A stretch of 64,000 nucleotides of DNA from an uncultured Holophagales bacterium. Its GTDB lineage: Bacteria > Acidobacteriota > Thermoanaerobaculia > Multivoradales > UBA5704. How positions within the stretch are numbered: the first letter of the stretch is position 1; each line of letters begins with the position of its first letter. Positions 1-12,382 of this stretch are shown here, one piece after another. The position numbers and the translations under genes were made by a program. The DNA lies in the NCBI GenBank assembly GCA_963842525.1, contig CAWJGT010000006.1:1-64000 (forward strand), written 5' to 3'. The notes beneath the pieces are model-generated. The model ran no database searches. It was not told the origin of the DNA and saw only the letters and a list, made by a program, of their open reading frames with translations.

Positions 1-396
<396 letters not shown>

Positions 397-416
397 CTCG
401 TCGTGGATGCGAGGTG

Positions 417-644
417 TCAGTGCTCTTCGTCGGCGCTGGCCTGGACGGCAGTCAGCCGATCTGTCTCATCCTGTATTTCCGCGGCGATCTTCTTGAGTTC
501 CGGCTCGAACTTGCGCCCGTGGTGGGCGCAGAAGAGCAGTTCACCGCCGCTGATCAGGACGACGCGCAGGTATGCCTGGGCGCCGCAACGGTCACAGCGG
601 TCAGCGGCGGTCAGCGGGCTCGCGGGGGTCAGAACAGTAGTCAC
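417..644 (-). CDS. Small conserved actinobacterial protein (DUF7455-type, CDRC...FCxHH)
   Basis: MTTVLTPASPLTAADRCDRCGAQAY...LLFCAHHGRK; this gene typically lies divergent from topo IV subunit B in Streptomyces. Confidence 0.8.
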   Translation of the reverse strand: MTTVLTPASPLTAADRCDRCGAQAYLRVVLISGGELLFCAHHGRKFEPELKKIAAEIQDETDRLTAVQASADEEH

Positions 645-1081
645 GTCGCCTCTTCTCTAGCTCGACGAGCTGTCGTACCAGGGTCAACATCCAACCAGGC
701 CGAAAACGTTCCCGCTCGTGGCATTTCCTCGAGAAATTCTTTCCGAGGTGGCTGTCTGTTGCCGGTTGGCGGCGAATGTGCCGTATTGCTTGTAGTGCTA
801 CGGTTTCGCGTTGCTTGTGTCGGGTCGGTCCTCCCGGCTGGCTTGCCGGTTGTTCATGAGGACGTGCCCGGAGCCTAAATGGTTCATGCCTCGAAGGGAA
901 CGTGATGTGTACTTCACCCTATCGAGGGATCGAACACGCATGCGAGGCTGGACTAGCATGAGATTCGCCCGAGGGTGGCGTTACAACGGCTCTACCAGGC
1001 CTCGGTACCCTCTGAGCGGCGACCGAAGCCGCGCCCTTACCCACCGGGGCCCCAAATGAAATTCAGCGAGGAGCGAACCGC

Positions 1082-3206
<2,125 letters not shown>

Positions 3207-3453
3207 ACGCTCGCGCAGCCGGCTGGGCCGAGTGCCAGCCCGACGGGACCGCGGGTGCTCCCGTCGGCTCGGGCCGGAGACCGGCCCTGCCTCGGTGAGC
3301 CGGCGTCGTGCAGGCGTCTCCACCCGTGGGTGGAGACTCCTAGGCTCCACCCATGATCCACCCTGGCTCCGATCCCTGACCTGCCGTTTCCGTAACGTCG
3401 AAGGCGTCGGGAGCGTCGCTGCCGAACTGTCCTTCTCGCACACGGAGGCTGCG

Positions 3454-3966
3454 ATGTCCGGGCTCGTCAACGTTTGGTGATCGTGGCGGTTGTCGTCGTG
3501 GTGGTGCGCCAGTTCCGCGCCCACCGGTCGCGACGGACCGGCGCTGGTGGCTGCTGCCGGTGATCCTGGCCGTCATGGCCCTGCGCGTGCCGGGCCTGCT
3601 CGACCCCGACCACGAGACGTGTCCCGGTGCTGCTCGGCGCGGAACTCGTGGTGGGGCTGGTCACCGGCGCGGGCTGGGCCTGGACCACCCGGATGTGGAG
3701 GGACCGGACGGCACCGTCTGGAGCCGGGGCACCAAGGCCAGCGTCTTCGTCTGGGCGGGCGGGATAGCGCTGCGGGTCGGCTCTGTTCGGGCTCGGCCCG
3801 CCCTCGGCGTCCACCAGGGCAGCGCCGCCCTGCTGCTCGCCCTCGCGGCGACGCTGCTGGTCCGCGGCGGGATCATGGCCTGGCGGGCCAGACATGCCCG
3901 CGAGCGGGCCGGCGCCGGCGTACGGTGCCGGCATGCCCGCAGCCCGCGCGGAAGGAGCGTGTGTGA
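3454..3966 (+). CDS. DUF1453/CcdC-like membrane protein, frameshifted
   Basis: GGAGG RBS then ATG at 3454; hydrophobic fragments across frames (WWLLPVILAVMALR, DGTVWSRGTKASVFVWAGGIALR). Confidence 0.6.
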
Positions 3967-5106
3967 CGGAGAACGCTGGACGAGCTGGCCTTCCCGGGAG
4001 GCCTCTGCCCAGGGCGCGCACAGCGGCCCCGGCGTCCTGCTCGCCCGGGCCGTGGCGCGCGTTGCTGCTCGGCCTTCTCTGTGGACGCCTTCGCCGACAG
4101 CGACTTCGCCGGCTGGGAGTCGCGGCGGCTGTTGCGGCGTCCTGCCGGCTGGGCTCGTGGGCTGGGCCTTCTTCCGCACCACCTGCGCGCATCGGCTGCG
4201 GCCGTCCCTGGCGCTGCTCGTGCTGCTGCGGCATCGCGGCCGTGGCGCTGGCCGCGGGCTGCCGGGTACCCGCCCTGGTGGTGTGGTGCGGCTGCGCCGT
4301 CATCGCCCTGGAGCGGCTGCCGCTCGCGGCGGCGTGCCCGCGACGCGGTGGCCCTGGCGCTCTACGCCGCCGTCAACGGCGACGGCTGGCTGACGACCGC
4401 TGGTCACCACGGGTGGCTGGCCTGGCCGGCTACGTGCTGCGGCTGGACGCGGAGGCCCGGGGCAGCGCCCAGCGGCTGCTCGCCCAGGAACGGGCCGCGC
4501 GGGAGGCGGAGGCGGAGTCGGCGGCGCTGGCGGAGCGGGCCAGGATCGCCCGCGAGATCCACGACGTGCTGGCCCACAGCCTCTCCGCCCAGCTCGTGCA
4601 CCTGGAGGCGGCCCGGCTGCTGATCGAGCGGGGACGCGGAGCCGGGACCAGGTGCTGGAGAGGGTGGTGGCGGCGCGTGGGATGGCGCGTGAGGGCCTCG
4701 CCGAGACCCGGCAGGCGCTCTCCGCGCTGCGTGGCGAGCTGACCCCGGTGGAGGACTTCCTGAGCGAGCTGGTGGCCGTGAGGCGGGCCGAGGTCTCCGT
4801 GGCGGGGGAGCGGAGGGCGCTGCCCGCCGAGGCGTCGCAGGCGGTGCGGAGGGTGGCTCAGGAGGCGCTGACGAACGTCCGGAAGCACGCGCCCGGGGCC
4901 AGGTCCGCGTCCGGCTGGAGTACAGCCGCACGCGGTGGCCCTGGAGGTAAGGGATTAGGGCGGCTCCGTCCGGGCGAGCTCGCTGTCAGTCCGGCTCCGG
5001 ATACGGTCTGCTGGGGATGCGGGAGCGTGCAGAACTGCTCGGCGGCACGCTGGAGGCAGGGCCGGACGAGGAGGGGTTCGTGGTGAGTCTGCGGGTGCCG
5101 GCATGA
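3963..5106 (+). CDS. Membrane sensor histidine kinase (HisKA_3/NarX-like), frameshifted
   Basis: ERARIAREIHDVLAHSLS H-box and VAQEALTNVRKHAPG N-box; its stop overlaps the regulator start. Confidence 0.85.
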
Positions 5107-5790
5107 CGGTGGAGGAGGGCGGAGCCGCGCGGGTGGTGGTCGCCGACGACCAGACGGTGGTGCGTGAGGGCATCGTGATGCTGCTGGGGCTGCTGCCGGG
5201 CATCGAGGTGGTCGGGGCGGCGGGGGACGGCGAGGAGGCGGTGCGCGCTGGTGGCCGAACGGCTCCGGACGTGGTGCTGATGGACCTGCGGATGCCCCGC
5301 TGCGACGGGGTGGAGGCCACGCGCCGGATCCGCACGGAGCATCCCGGTACGCAGGTGGTGGTGCTCACCACGTTCGCGGACGACGATTCGCTGTTCCCCG
5401 CGCTGCGGGCCGGGGCGCGGGGATATCTGACCAAGGACGCGGGCGGTGAGGAGATCGTGCGGGCCATCGAGGCGTGCTGTCCGGGGAGGCGGGGCTCTCG
5501 CCGAGGTGCAACGCGGGTTGCTGGAGCGGTGTCCGAGCCCAGAGCCGGCGCGTACCCGCGCGGCGCTTCCGTCGGAGCTGCCCGACGGGCTCACCGCGCG
5601 GGAGGCCGAGGTCCTGGTGCTGATCGCGGAGGACTGTCCAACGCGGAGATCGCCCGCACGCTGCACATCTCCCGGCCACGGTGAAGACGCACATCAACAA
5701 CCTCTTCGCCAAGACGGGCGCTCAAGGACCGGCGCAGGCCGTGCGTTACGCGTATCGGGCAGGGACTTGTGCAGCCACCCGGGACGTCCG
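5103..5790 (+). CDS. NarL/LuxR-family response regulator, frameshifted
   Basis: VVVADDQTVVREG, DVVLMDLRMP, GARGYLTKD; HTH LPDGLTAREAEVL...SNAEIAR...TVKTHINNLFAK across frames. The end is approximate. Confidence 0.88.
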
Positions 5791-5928
5791 TCACCTGAAA
5801 GGGTGAAGCACGGCGAAGAAGTGCCCGGGATCTTCCCGGTCTGTCCATCCTTGGGCACGCGGCCGAAGACGGCTCGTGGACAAGGAGAGTTGTCGGTGGA
5901 GAAGGAAGCAGGGCCGGGGGCCGCGACG

Positions 5929-6360
5929 ATGCGGCTCGACGACCCCTGGTACGACGCGTCGGCCTCCGGCTGGGGCGAGCCGGACGGTGCGGGGGCCGCT
6001 GTGCCCGATGTGCCGCCCGCGCACGGGAGCAGGAGGCCGGAGCGCGGCCGACATCTATCTGGAGGTGCAGCACAGCGCGGCCTTCCAGGAAGTGCGCAGC
6101 CGGTACCGGCGGTTCGTGGTCCCCGCCGCCGTCGCCTTCCTCGTCTGGTACCTGGCCTACGTGGTCACGGCCACCACCGCCCCGGGCCTGATGGCGCGGC
6201 CCGTCGCGGGGGCGGTCAACGTGGCGATGGTCGCGGGACTCGGGCAGTTCCTCACCACGTTCCTGCTCACCTGGGCGTACGCCCGGCACGCGCGGCTGCG
6301 CCGGGACCGGGCCGCGCTGGAACTGCGCTGGGACACACAGGAGCTGACCAAGCGGGGTGA
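5929..6360 (+). CDS. DUF485 small membrane protein (partner of ActP symporters)
   Basis: AADIYLEVQHSAAFQEVRSRYRRFVVP...GLGQFLTTFLLTWAYARHA; lies directly upstream of the symporter. Confidence 0.8.
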   Translation: MRLDDPWYDASASGWGEPDGAGAAVPDVPPAHGSRRPERGRHLSGGAAQRGLPGSAQPVPAVRGPRRRRLPRLVPGLRGHGHHRPGPDGAARRGGGQRGDGRGTRAVPHHVPAHLGVRPARAAAPGPGRAGTALGHTGADQAG

Positions 6361-6364
6361 GCCG

Positions 6365-7958
6365 GTGACCGGAACCACCAGACGCTGGCGCTGCTGCTGT
6401 TCAGCGTGTTCATCGCCGTGACGCTGGCGATCACCACCTGGGTGAGCCGCAACCGGCACGGGTCCGCGGAGGAGTTCTACGCCGGCGGACGGCTGTTCTC
6501 CCCCATGGAGAACGGATTCGCCATCGCCGGCGACTACATGTCGGCCGCCTCCTTCCTCGGCATCTCCGGGCTGATCGCGCTGTTCGGCTACGACGGCATG
6601 CTGTACTCGGTCGGGCTTCCTCGTCGCCTGGCTCGTCGTGCTGTTCCTCGTCGCCGAACTGGTGCGCAACTGCGGGCGGTTCACCCTCGCCGACGTGGTC
6701 GCCGCCCGGATGAGCGGAGCGGCCGGTGCGGATCGCGGCGGGCACCTCCTCGGTCACCGTGTCCGTGCTCTACCTGGTGGCGCAGATGGTGGGCGCGGGC
6801 AGCCTGGTCGCGCTGCTGCTCGGCGGCACGAGCGAGGCCGCGCGATCCTGGACGGTCATCGGCGTCGGCGCGCTGATGGTGATCTACGTGTCGCTCGGCG
6901 GGATGCGGGCCACCACCTGGATCCAGATCGTCAAGGCCGTCCTGCTGATGGGCGGGGCCGATCGCGCTGACCGTGCTCGTCCTGGTGCGCTTCCACGGCG
7001 ACTTCGACCAGCTGCTGCGTCACGGCCGCCGAGCGCAGCGGGCACGGGCGAGCGTTCCTCGCGCCGGGGCTCAAGTACGGCGGGGACTGGACCGCGCGGT
7101 TCGACTTCATCAGCCTGGGTCTCGCGCTGGTGCTGGGCACGGCGGGCCTGCCGCACATCCTGTCGCGCTTCTACACCGTGCCCACCGCGCGGGCCGCCCG
7201 GCGCTCGGTCGTCTGGTCGATCGGGCTCATCGGCGGCTTCTACCTGATGACGATCGTGCTCGGGTTCGGGGCGGCCGCGGTGGTGGGCTCCGACGCGGTG
7301 CGCGGGTCGAACGCGGCCGGGAACACGGCGGTTCCGCTGCTGGCGCTCGACCTGGGCGGCGGCGCCGGCTCCACCGGCGGCACGGTGCTGTTCGCGGTCG
7401 TCGCCGCCGTCGCCTTCGCCACGATCCTCGCGGTGGTCGCCGGGATCACGCTCGCCTCCTCGGCGTCCGTGGCCCACGACCTGTACGCGTCTCTGCGACG
7501 CCGGCATGCCAAGCCGCGCAGCGAGGTGGCGGTGGCGCGGGTCGCGGCGGCCGGGATCGGCGTCGTCGCGATCGCGCTGGGACTGCTGGCCCGCGACCTC
7601 AACGTGGCCTTCCTGGTCGGCCTCGCCTTCGCCGTGGCCGCCTCGGCGAACCTGCCGGTGCTGCTGTACTCGCTGTTCTGGCGGAACTTCACCACGCGCG
7701 GCGCGGTCTGGGCCGTGTACGGCGGGCTGATCCCCGCGTGGTGCTGGTGGTGCTGTCGCCGGTGGTGTCCGGCAGCCCCGCGTCGCTGTTCCCCGGCGTC
7801 GACTTCCAGTACTTCCCGCTGCAGAACCCGGGCATCGTCTCCATCCCGCTCGGCTTCCTGGCGGGCTGGCTGGGCACGGTCACCTCGGCGAGGCGCCGGA
7901 CGAGGCCAAGCACGCGGAGACCGAGGTGCGTTCGCTGACCGGCGCCGGCGCGGTGTGA
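6365..7958 (+). CDS. actP: Cation/acetate symporter (SSF, ActP-like), frameshifted
   Basis: [79 protein letters not shown]. Confidence 0.88.
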
Positions 7959-8037
7959 CGGACGGGCGGCCCAGGGGAGGTGCGGCGGCGCCGCCAGGCG
8001 CGGCTGCCCCGGAGTGGTCAGGTCAGGGCTCGCCGGC

Positions 8038-8725
8038 TCACGGCGTCACCCAGGCGTAGCGGTGCTCAGGGCGCCCGGTGTCGCCGTACTTGAGGGACAG
8101 CCGCAGCCGGCCCGCCTGTTCCAGGTGGCGCAGATAGCGCTGGGCGGTGGAGCGGCTCAGGCCCGTCCGGGCCGCCACCTCGTGGGCCGACAGCGGCTGC
8201 CGGCCGGTGCAGGACACCGCAGATCAGGTCGGTGGTCGGCTCCGAATGGCCGCTCGGCAGCCCGGGCGAGGACGGGGCGGGCGTCGTGCGCAGGGCGCCG
8301 AAGATCCGGTCGACCTGCTCCTGGCCCGCCGCGCCGCGGCCGCCCACCCGGTCGACGGTGCGGCGCAGGGCGGCGTACGAGTCGAGCCGCGTCGCAGCGC
8401 GGCGAACGTGAACGGCTTCACCAGGTAGTGCAGGGCGCCCAGGCGCATCGCCGCCTGCACGGTCGTCACGTCGCCGGCCGCCGTGATCATGATGACGTCG
8501 GTGCCCGTGCCCGTTCCCGCATCTGGTGGACGAGTTCGAGGCCGGTCCGGTCGGGCAGATAGTGGTCGAGCAGCACCAGGTCGACGGGCCCCGGTCCGCC
8601 GCGGCCAGCGCCTGGGCGGCGTTGTGCGCGCGGGCGGCCACCCGGAAGCCGGGAACCTTTCCCACGTACTTGGCGTTGATCTCGGCGACACGGAAGTCGT
8701 CGTCCACGACCAGGACGTCAATCAT
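8038..8725 (-). CDS. CitB/DcuR-family response regulator, frameshifted
   Basis: MIDVLVVDDDFRVAEINAKYV..., DVIMITAAGD, ALHYLVKPF, C-terminal TAQRYL...YGDTGRPEHRYAW. Confidence 0.85.
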
Positions 8726-8782
8726 CGGGCCTCTCCCCTGCCGGGCGAGCGTTGAGCCCGTGTTTCGGCCCCAGGTTGTAGC

Positions 8783-8839
8783 GCGAGCAAAACGAGCACA
8801 ACAGCCTTTTGCGAGCAGAAGAACGGCTTGCGCGCACAA
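8783..8839. promoter_or_regulatory. Direct repeats (GCGAGCAnAA-like x4) in a divergent promoter region
   Basis: gcgagcaaaa (8783), cgagcacaa (8793), gcgagcagaa (8811) and gcgcgcacaa (8830) lie between the regulator and the ABC genes. Confidence 0.45.
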
Positions 8840-8878
8840 GACTGATGCCGGGAGCGGCCACGGCTACCGTCCCGGGGC

Positions 8879-9560
8879 ATGAGCGCAGACACCGGCCCCG
8901 CCATCGAGCTGCGGGGCGCGAGCAAGATCTTCAGAACCCCTTCGGGGGATCCGCACACCGCCGTGAGCGGACTGGATCTGACCGTGGAGGCGGCGTGTTC
9001 GTGGCCGTCGTCGCCCCCCGGCTGCGGCAAGTCGACCACACTGACCCTCGTCAGCGGTCTCGAAGAACTTATGGAGTGCGAAGCCGTGGTGCCGGACGAA
9101 CCGCTCGACCTCCGGGAGGGCACGTGCGATTCGGTTGTCTTCGGCGCCCGTGTCTCAAGGAGTCCACGCCCGCGCCGCCAAGACGGCCTGTATGGTCTCC
9201 CGCGCGCGGGCCGCCCGCGGTAGCAGGGCCGTTGTCGCCGTCCCCCGCCTGCTGCCCCGGCCGCCGACGCACGGTCCCTGGGGACGAGCGGCCGCCCGGT
9301 GACGCTCCGTGAGGGCAGCCCGCGTTCGCCGAGGGCCGTATCTCCTGGTGGACGCCGTTGTAGACCAGCAGCCGAACTCCCTTCTCAGGGCGCGTACAGG
9401 CCCAAATGCCCCTCCTAGGTCCCCGTTCTGTTGAGCGCCTCCCCAGGAGGTGCATTTCGCAGACAGCCCTCTCCAGGACACCGGCTTTCCTTCGGCACCG
9501 GTCTCTGGGCGGAGCGGCCGGTTCCCCGTCACCGGTCTCTCCAGGGCACTCGTTTTCCCC
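8879..9560 (+). pseudogene. NitT/TauT-type ABC ATP-binding gene, degenerate after Walker A; permease not recognisable
   Basis: AIELRGASKIFRTPSG...GCGKSTTLTLVSGLEE, after which the reading decays; only about 0.7 kb separates it from the SBP gene. Confidence 0.6.
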
Positions 9561-9592
9561 GCACCGCCTTCTTCACAAGGACGTGAACGAAC

Positions 9593-9915
9593 ATGCCCAA
9601 GACCCTCAGACACGGGTCGCTGGCAGCCGCCGGCCTGCTTGTCCTCTCCTCGCTCACCGCCTGCGCCAATGACGTGGCCGGATCGGCCGCCGCCGACGAG
9701 GCGGGCGGCAAGGGGGAGAACGTCAAAATCATGGTCGGCGGCCTGGACAAGGTCATCTACCTGCCCGCGATGCTCACCCAACGGCTCCGCTACTTCGAGG
9801 ACGAGGGTCTCGACGTGGAGCTGCTGAGCGAGCACGCCGGTGTCGAGGCCGAGACGACCTCGTCTCCGGGCAGGTCCAAGGAGCCGTTGGCTTCTACGAC
9901 CACACCCTCGATCTG
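9593..9915 (+). pseudogene. ABC substrate-binding lipoprotein (NitT/TauT family), truncated at the junction
   Basis: Lipobox SSLTAC, KIMVGGLDKVIYLPAMLTQRL, GAVGFYDHTLDL ending at 9915; unrelated sequence follows. Confidence 0.75.
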
Positions 9916-9986
9916 GGGGCGCATGAAGGACGAAAACGACCTGCCGTCCCTTTTGTCCTTGGGGGCCGGGAGGCTATCCTTCCCCT

Positions 9987-11408
9987 ATGGACCGGTCGCC
10001 GAATCTCGCGTTGTCGCGCCGCCTGTTGATCGCTTCCGTGGTCTTCGGGCTGTTCGTGCTCTGCGACATCGCCCTGTTCGGCTGGCTGATCTTCCGCTCG
10101 CTGTCGCAACGGGAGGTCGAGCGCGTCCTGCTGGAGACCCGGGACGAGGCCGAGACGCTCGCGAAGCAGATCGCCGGCCGGGCCGAGCGGCAGGGCAAGG
10201 ACCTTTACACCGCGGTGTCGGTCGAGCGCGAGACCCGGACCTACATCGACTCGGTCCTGCGCCAGCGCGAGATCGTGAGCCAGGTCGAGATCCGCGACAA
10301 GAACGGCGTGCTCGTCTTCCGCAGCTCCAACGACGCCAGCGTCGAGGCGCTCGATTCCCCGCCGGGTGCGCCGCGGGTCGGCTCGCCGGAGCTGGCGCCG
10401 CAGGGCAACGTCCACAAGGAGACGACGGAGTGGGAGTCGCCGCCGTACGCAGTGCCCAATGTGGAAGTGCCCATCGGCAATCTCGGGTCGCTGAAGATCG
10501 GCATCAGCTCGCCGGAGCTGGCGCGGCGGATCGAGGTGTTGCGCGGCGAGCTGATCCAGCAGGCGACGTTCATCGGGATCGTCTCCGTGGCGCTGCTGCT
10601 CAGCGCCTACGCCGCCATCTGGCTCCTCCTGCGGCGGTCGCGCCAGTTGGAGCACCAGGCGGCCGAGGCCGAGCGGCTGGCCTACATCGGTACCCTCGCT
10701 TCGGGGCTGGCGCACGAGATCCGCAATCCCCTCAACTCCCTGAACCTCAACATGCAGATGCTCGAAGAGGAGATCCAGGAGCACGGTGCCTCGGTGCCGA
10801 CCGGCAAGCGCCTGCTGTCGATCACCCGCTCCGAGATCAGCCGGCTCGAACGCCTGGTGACCGACTTCCTCGCCTATGCCAAGCCGCGTCCCCTGGAGAT
10901 GGAAGAGGTGCCGGTGGTCTGGCTGCTGGAGCGGGTGCCGGAGGTGCTGGCCGGGGAGATCCAGAAGCGGCGCGCCCGGGTCGAGGTCGAGGACCAGAGC
11001 GGCGGCGCCCACGTGAAGGTGGACCGCGCCCAGATCAGCCAGCTCCTGCTCAACCTGGCACAGAACGCCTTGAACGCCAGCGAGGAGGCGGGCCGCACCC
11101 CGCTCCTGCGGCTGGTGGCCAGCCGCCAGGGCCCGTCGGCGCTCCTCACCGTGGAGGACAACGGCGCCGGCATCCCGCCGGAGGAGCAGCCGCGGATCTT
11201 CGACCTCTTCTATTCGACGCGCAAAGGAGGGACCGGTCTCGGGCTCGCCATCGTCGACCGGATCGCCCGCGCGCACGGCGGGCGCATCCTGGTCGAGAGC
11301 ACCCCCGGAGCCGGCACGGTGATGACCCTGGAGCTGCCTGCGGCGGCAGGCCCGGAGCGGCCGGTCCACGCACCCCTCGCGCCGGCCCTTTCCTCCGCCG
11401 AAAAATGA
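9987..11408 (+). CDS. Membrane sensor histidine kinase (HisKA + HATPase)
   Basis: Two TM helices; LASGLAHEIRNPLNSL, LLNLAQNA, VEDNGAGIP, FYSTRKGGTGLGL. Confidence 0.93.
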   Translation: MDRSPNLALSRRLLIASVVFGLFVLCDIALFGWLIFRSLSQREVERVLLETRDEAETLAKQIAGRAERQGKDLYTAVSVERETRTYIDSVLRQREIVSQVEIRDKNGVLVFRSSNDASVEALDSPPGAPRVGSPELAPQGNVHKETTEWESPPYAVPNVEVPIGNLGSLKIGISSPELARRIEVLRGELIQQATFIGIVSVALLLSAYAAIWLLLRRSRQLEHQAAEAERLAYIGTLASGLAHEIRNPLNSLNLNMQMLEEEIQEHGASVPTGKRLLSITRSEISRLERLVTDFLAYAKPRPLEMEEVPVVWLLERVPEVLAGEIQKRRARVEVEDQSGGAHVKVDRAQISQLLLNLAQNALNASEEAGRTPLLRLVASRQGPSALLTVEDNGAGIPPEEQPRIFDLFYSTRKGGTGLGLAIVDRIARAHGGRILVESTPGAGTVMTLELPAAAGPERPVHAPLAPALSSAEK

Positions 11409-11432
11409 AACGGCGGGCCCGGAGGCCCGCCG
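11402..11432 (-). terminator. Intrinsic terminator downstream of hsp20
   Basis: Stem CGGCGGGCC/GGCCCGCCG (11411-11432) followed on the minus strand by TTTCATTTT. Confidence 0.75.
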
Positions 11433-11462
11433 CGACAAACTGGACCTTGCAGTCCGCGGAGA

Positions 11463-11909
11463 TCAGGAGATGCTGATCTTGCGCGGCTTCGCCTGCTCGG
11501 CCTTCGGGATGGTGAGGGTGAGCAACCCGTTCTCGAACGAGGCCTCGACCTTGTCCGCGGTCACCAGGCTCGGCAGCGTGAAGGCCCGCGCGAAGGTGCC
11601 GTAGGTCCGCTCGATGCGGTGATAGCTGTCCTTGTTGACGTCCTTCTCGAGCTTCCGCTCGCCCGTCAGCCGCAGGACGCTGTTCTCCAGCGTGATGTTG
11701 ATGTCGTCCTTGGTCAGGCCGGGCAGCTCGGCGATCAGCCGGTAGGCGTCTGCGGTCTCCTGGATGTCGACCGGGGGCATCCAGGTCCGGTTGGAGACCT
11801 CCTCGCTGGGGAGCAGGTCCTGGTTGAAGAACGAATCCATCAGCCGGAAGAAGGGGTCGCGGTTCGGCCAGGTCGGGGCCTGGTTAAAGCGGATCAACGA
11901 GTTCAACAT
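11463..11909 (-). CDS. Hsp20/alpha-crystallin small heat-shock protein
   Basis: WMPPVDIQET, AELPGL, ERTYGTFARAFTLP, ASFENGLLTLTIPK; AAGGAGG RBS before ATG 11909. Confidence 0.95.
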   Translation of the reverse strand: MLNSLIRFNQAPTWPNRDPFFRLMDSFFNQDLLPSEEVSNRTWMPPVDIQETADAYRLIAELPGLTKDDINITLENSVLRLTGERKLEKDVNKDSYHRIERTYGTFARAFTLPSLVTADKVEASFENGLLTLTIPKAEQAKPRKISIS

Positions 11910-11970
11910 GATGTCCTCCTTTGGTTTTTTCATGACGAGATGGGCGGCGGCCCATCGATGTCGACGTAAC

Positions 11971-12136
11971 TATGATGAAACAACGCTCAGATCCATGTCA
12001 AGAGGGTAGGGCAAAGATCTTAGCGTCGTGATAGCAATTCTCTAGGTTTCCTGAAAATCTCATTCACTCATGCTCAACATTGGGAGGGGCGGCACTATTC
12101 CCGACCCGAGTTAGATCTGAGTCAACAGATATCAAG
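11971..12136 (-). promoter_or_regulatory. hsp20 promoter with three HAIR-like (HspR) operators
   Basis: TTGACA (12001-11996)-N18-CATCAT. Imperfect CTTGAGT-N7-ACTCAAG-like sites at 11971-11991, 12058-12078 and 12116-12136. Confidence 0.6.
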
Positions 12137-12202
12137 ATGCGGCAGGGACGCGCGACGGGCGTGGAACGGGAGAGGTGAAAGGAGCGGGGGAGAGGCGGGA
12201 GG

Positions 12203-12361
12203 TCAGGCCAGATCGTCGAGCTCGTCCGGCAGGGCGAACTGCTCGGGGTCCTCATTGCCGCAGCTCTGGCAGAGCACCTCGCTGATCTCGCCGTCCGCCC
12301 ATTCGAAGACGTAGCAGGGCGTCTCGCACTCCAGGCAGATGACGTAGTCCGGGCTTGCCAT
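12203..12361 (-). CDS. 52-aa zinc-ribbon-like protein (not in the ORF track)
   Basis: GGGAGG RBS; MASPDYVICLECETPCYVFEWADGEISEVLCQSCGNEDPEQFALPDELDDLA with two CxxC pairs. Confidence 0.8.
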   Translation of the reverse strand: MASPDYVICLECETPCYVFEWADGEISEVLCQSCGNEDPEQFALPDELDDLA

Positions 12362-12382
12362 GAGGTCCTCCCTGGAGGAAGT

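Noticed and set aside
9593-11476. 627-aa ORF fusing an SBP to downstream sequence
   Set aside because: It reads across the suspected chimeric junction in a shadow frame of the histidine kinase.
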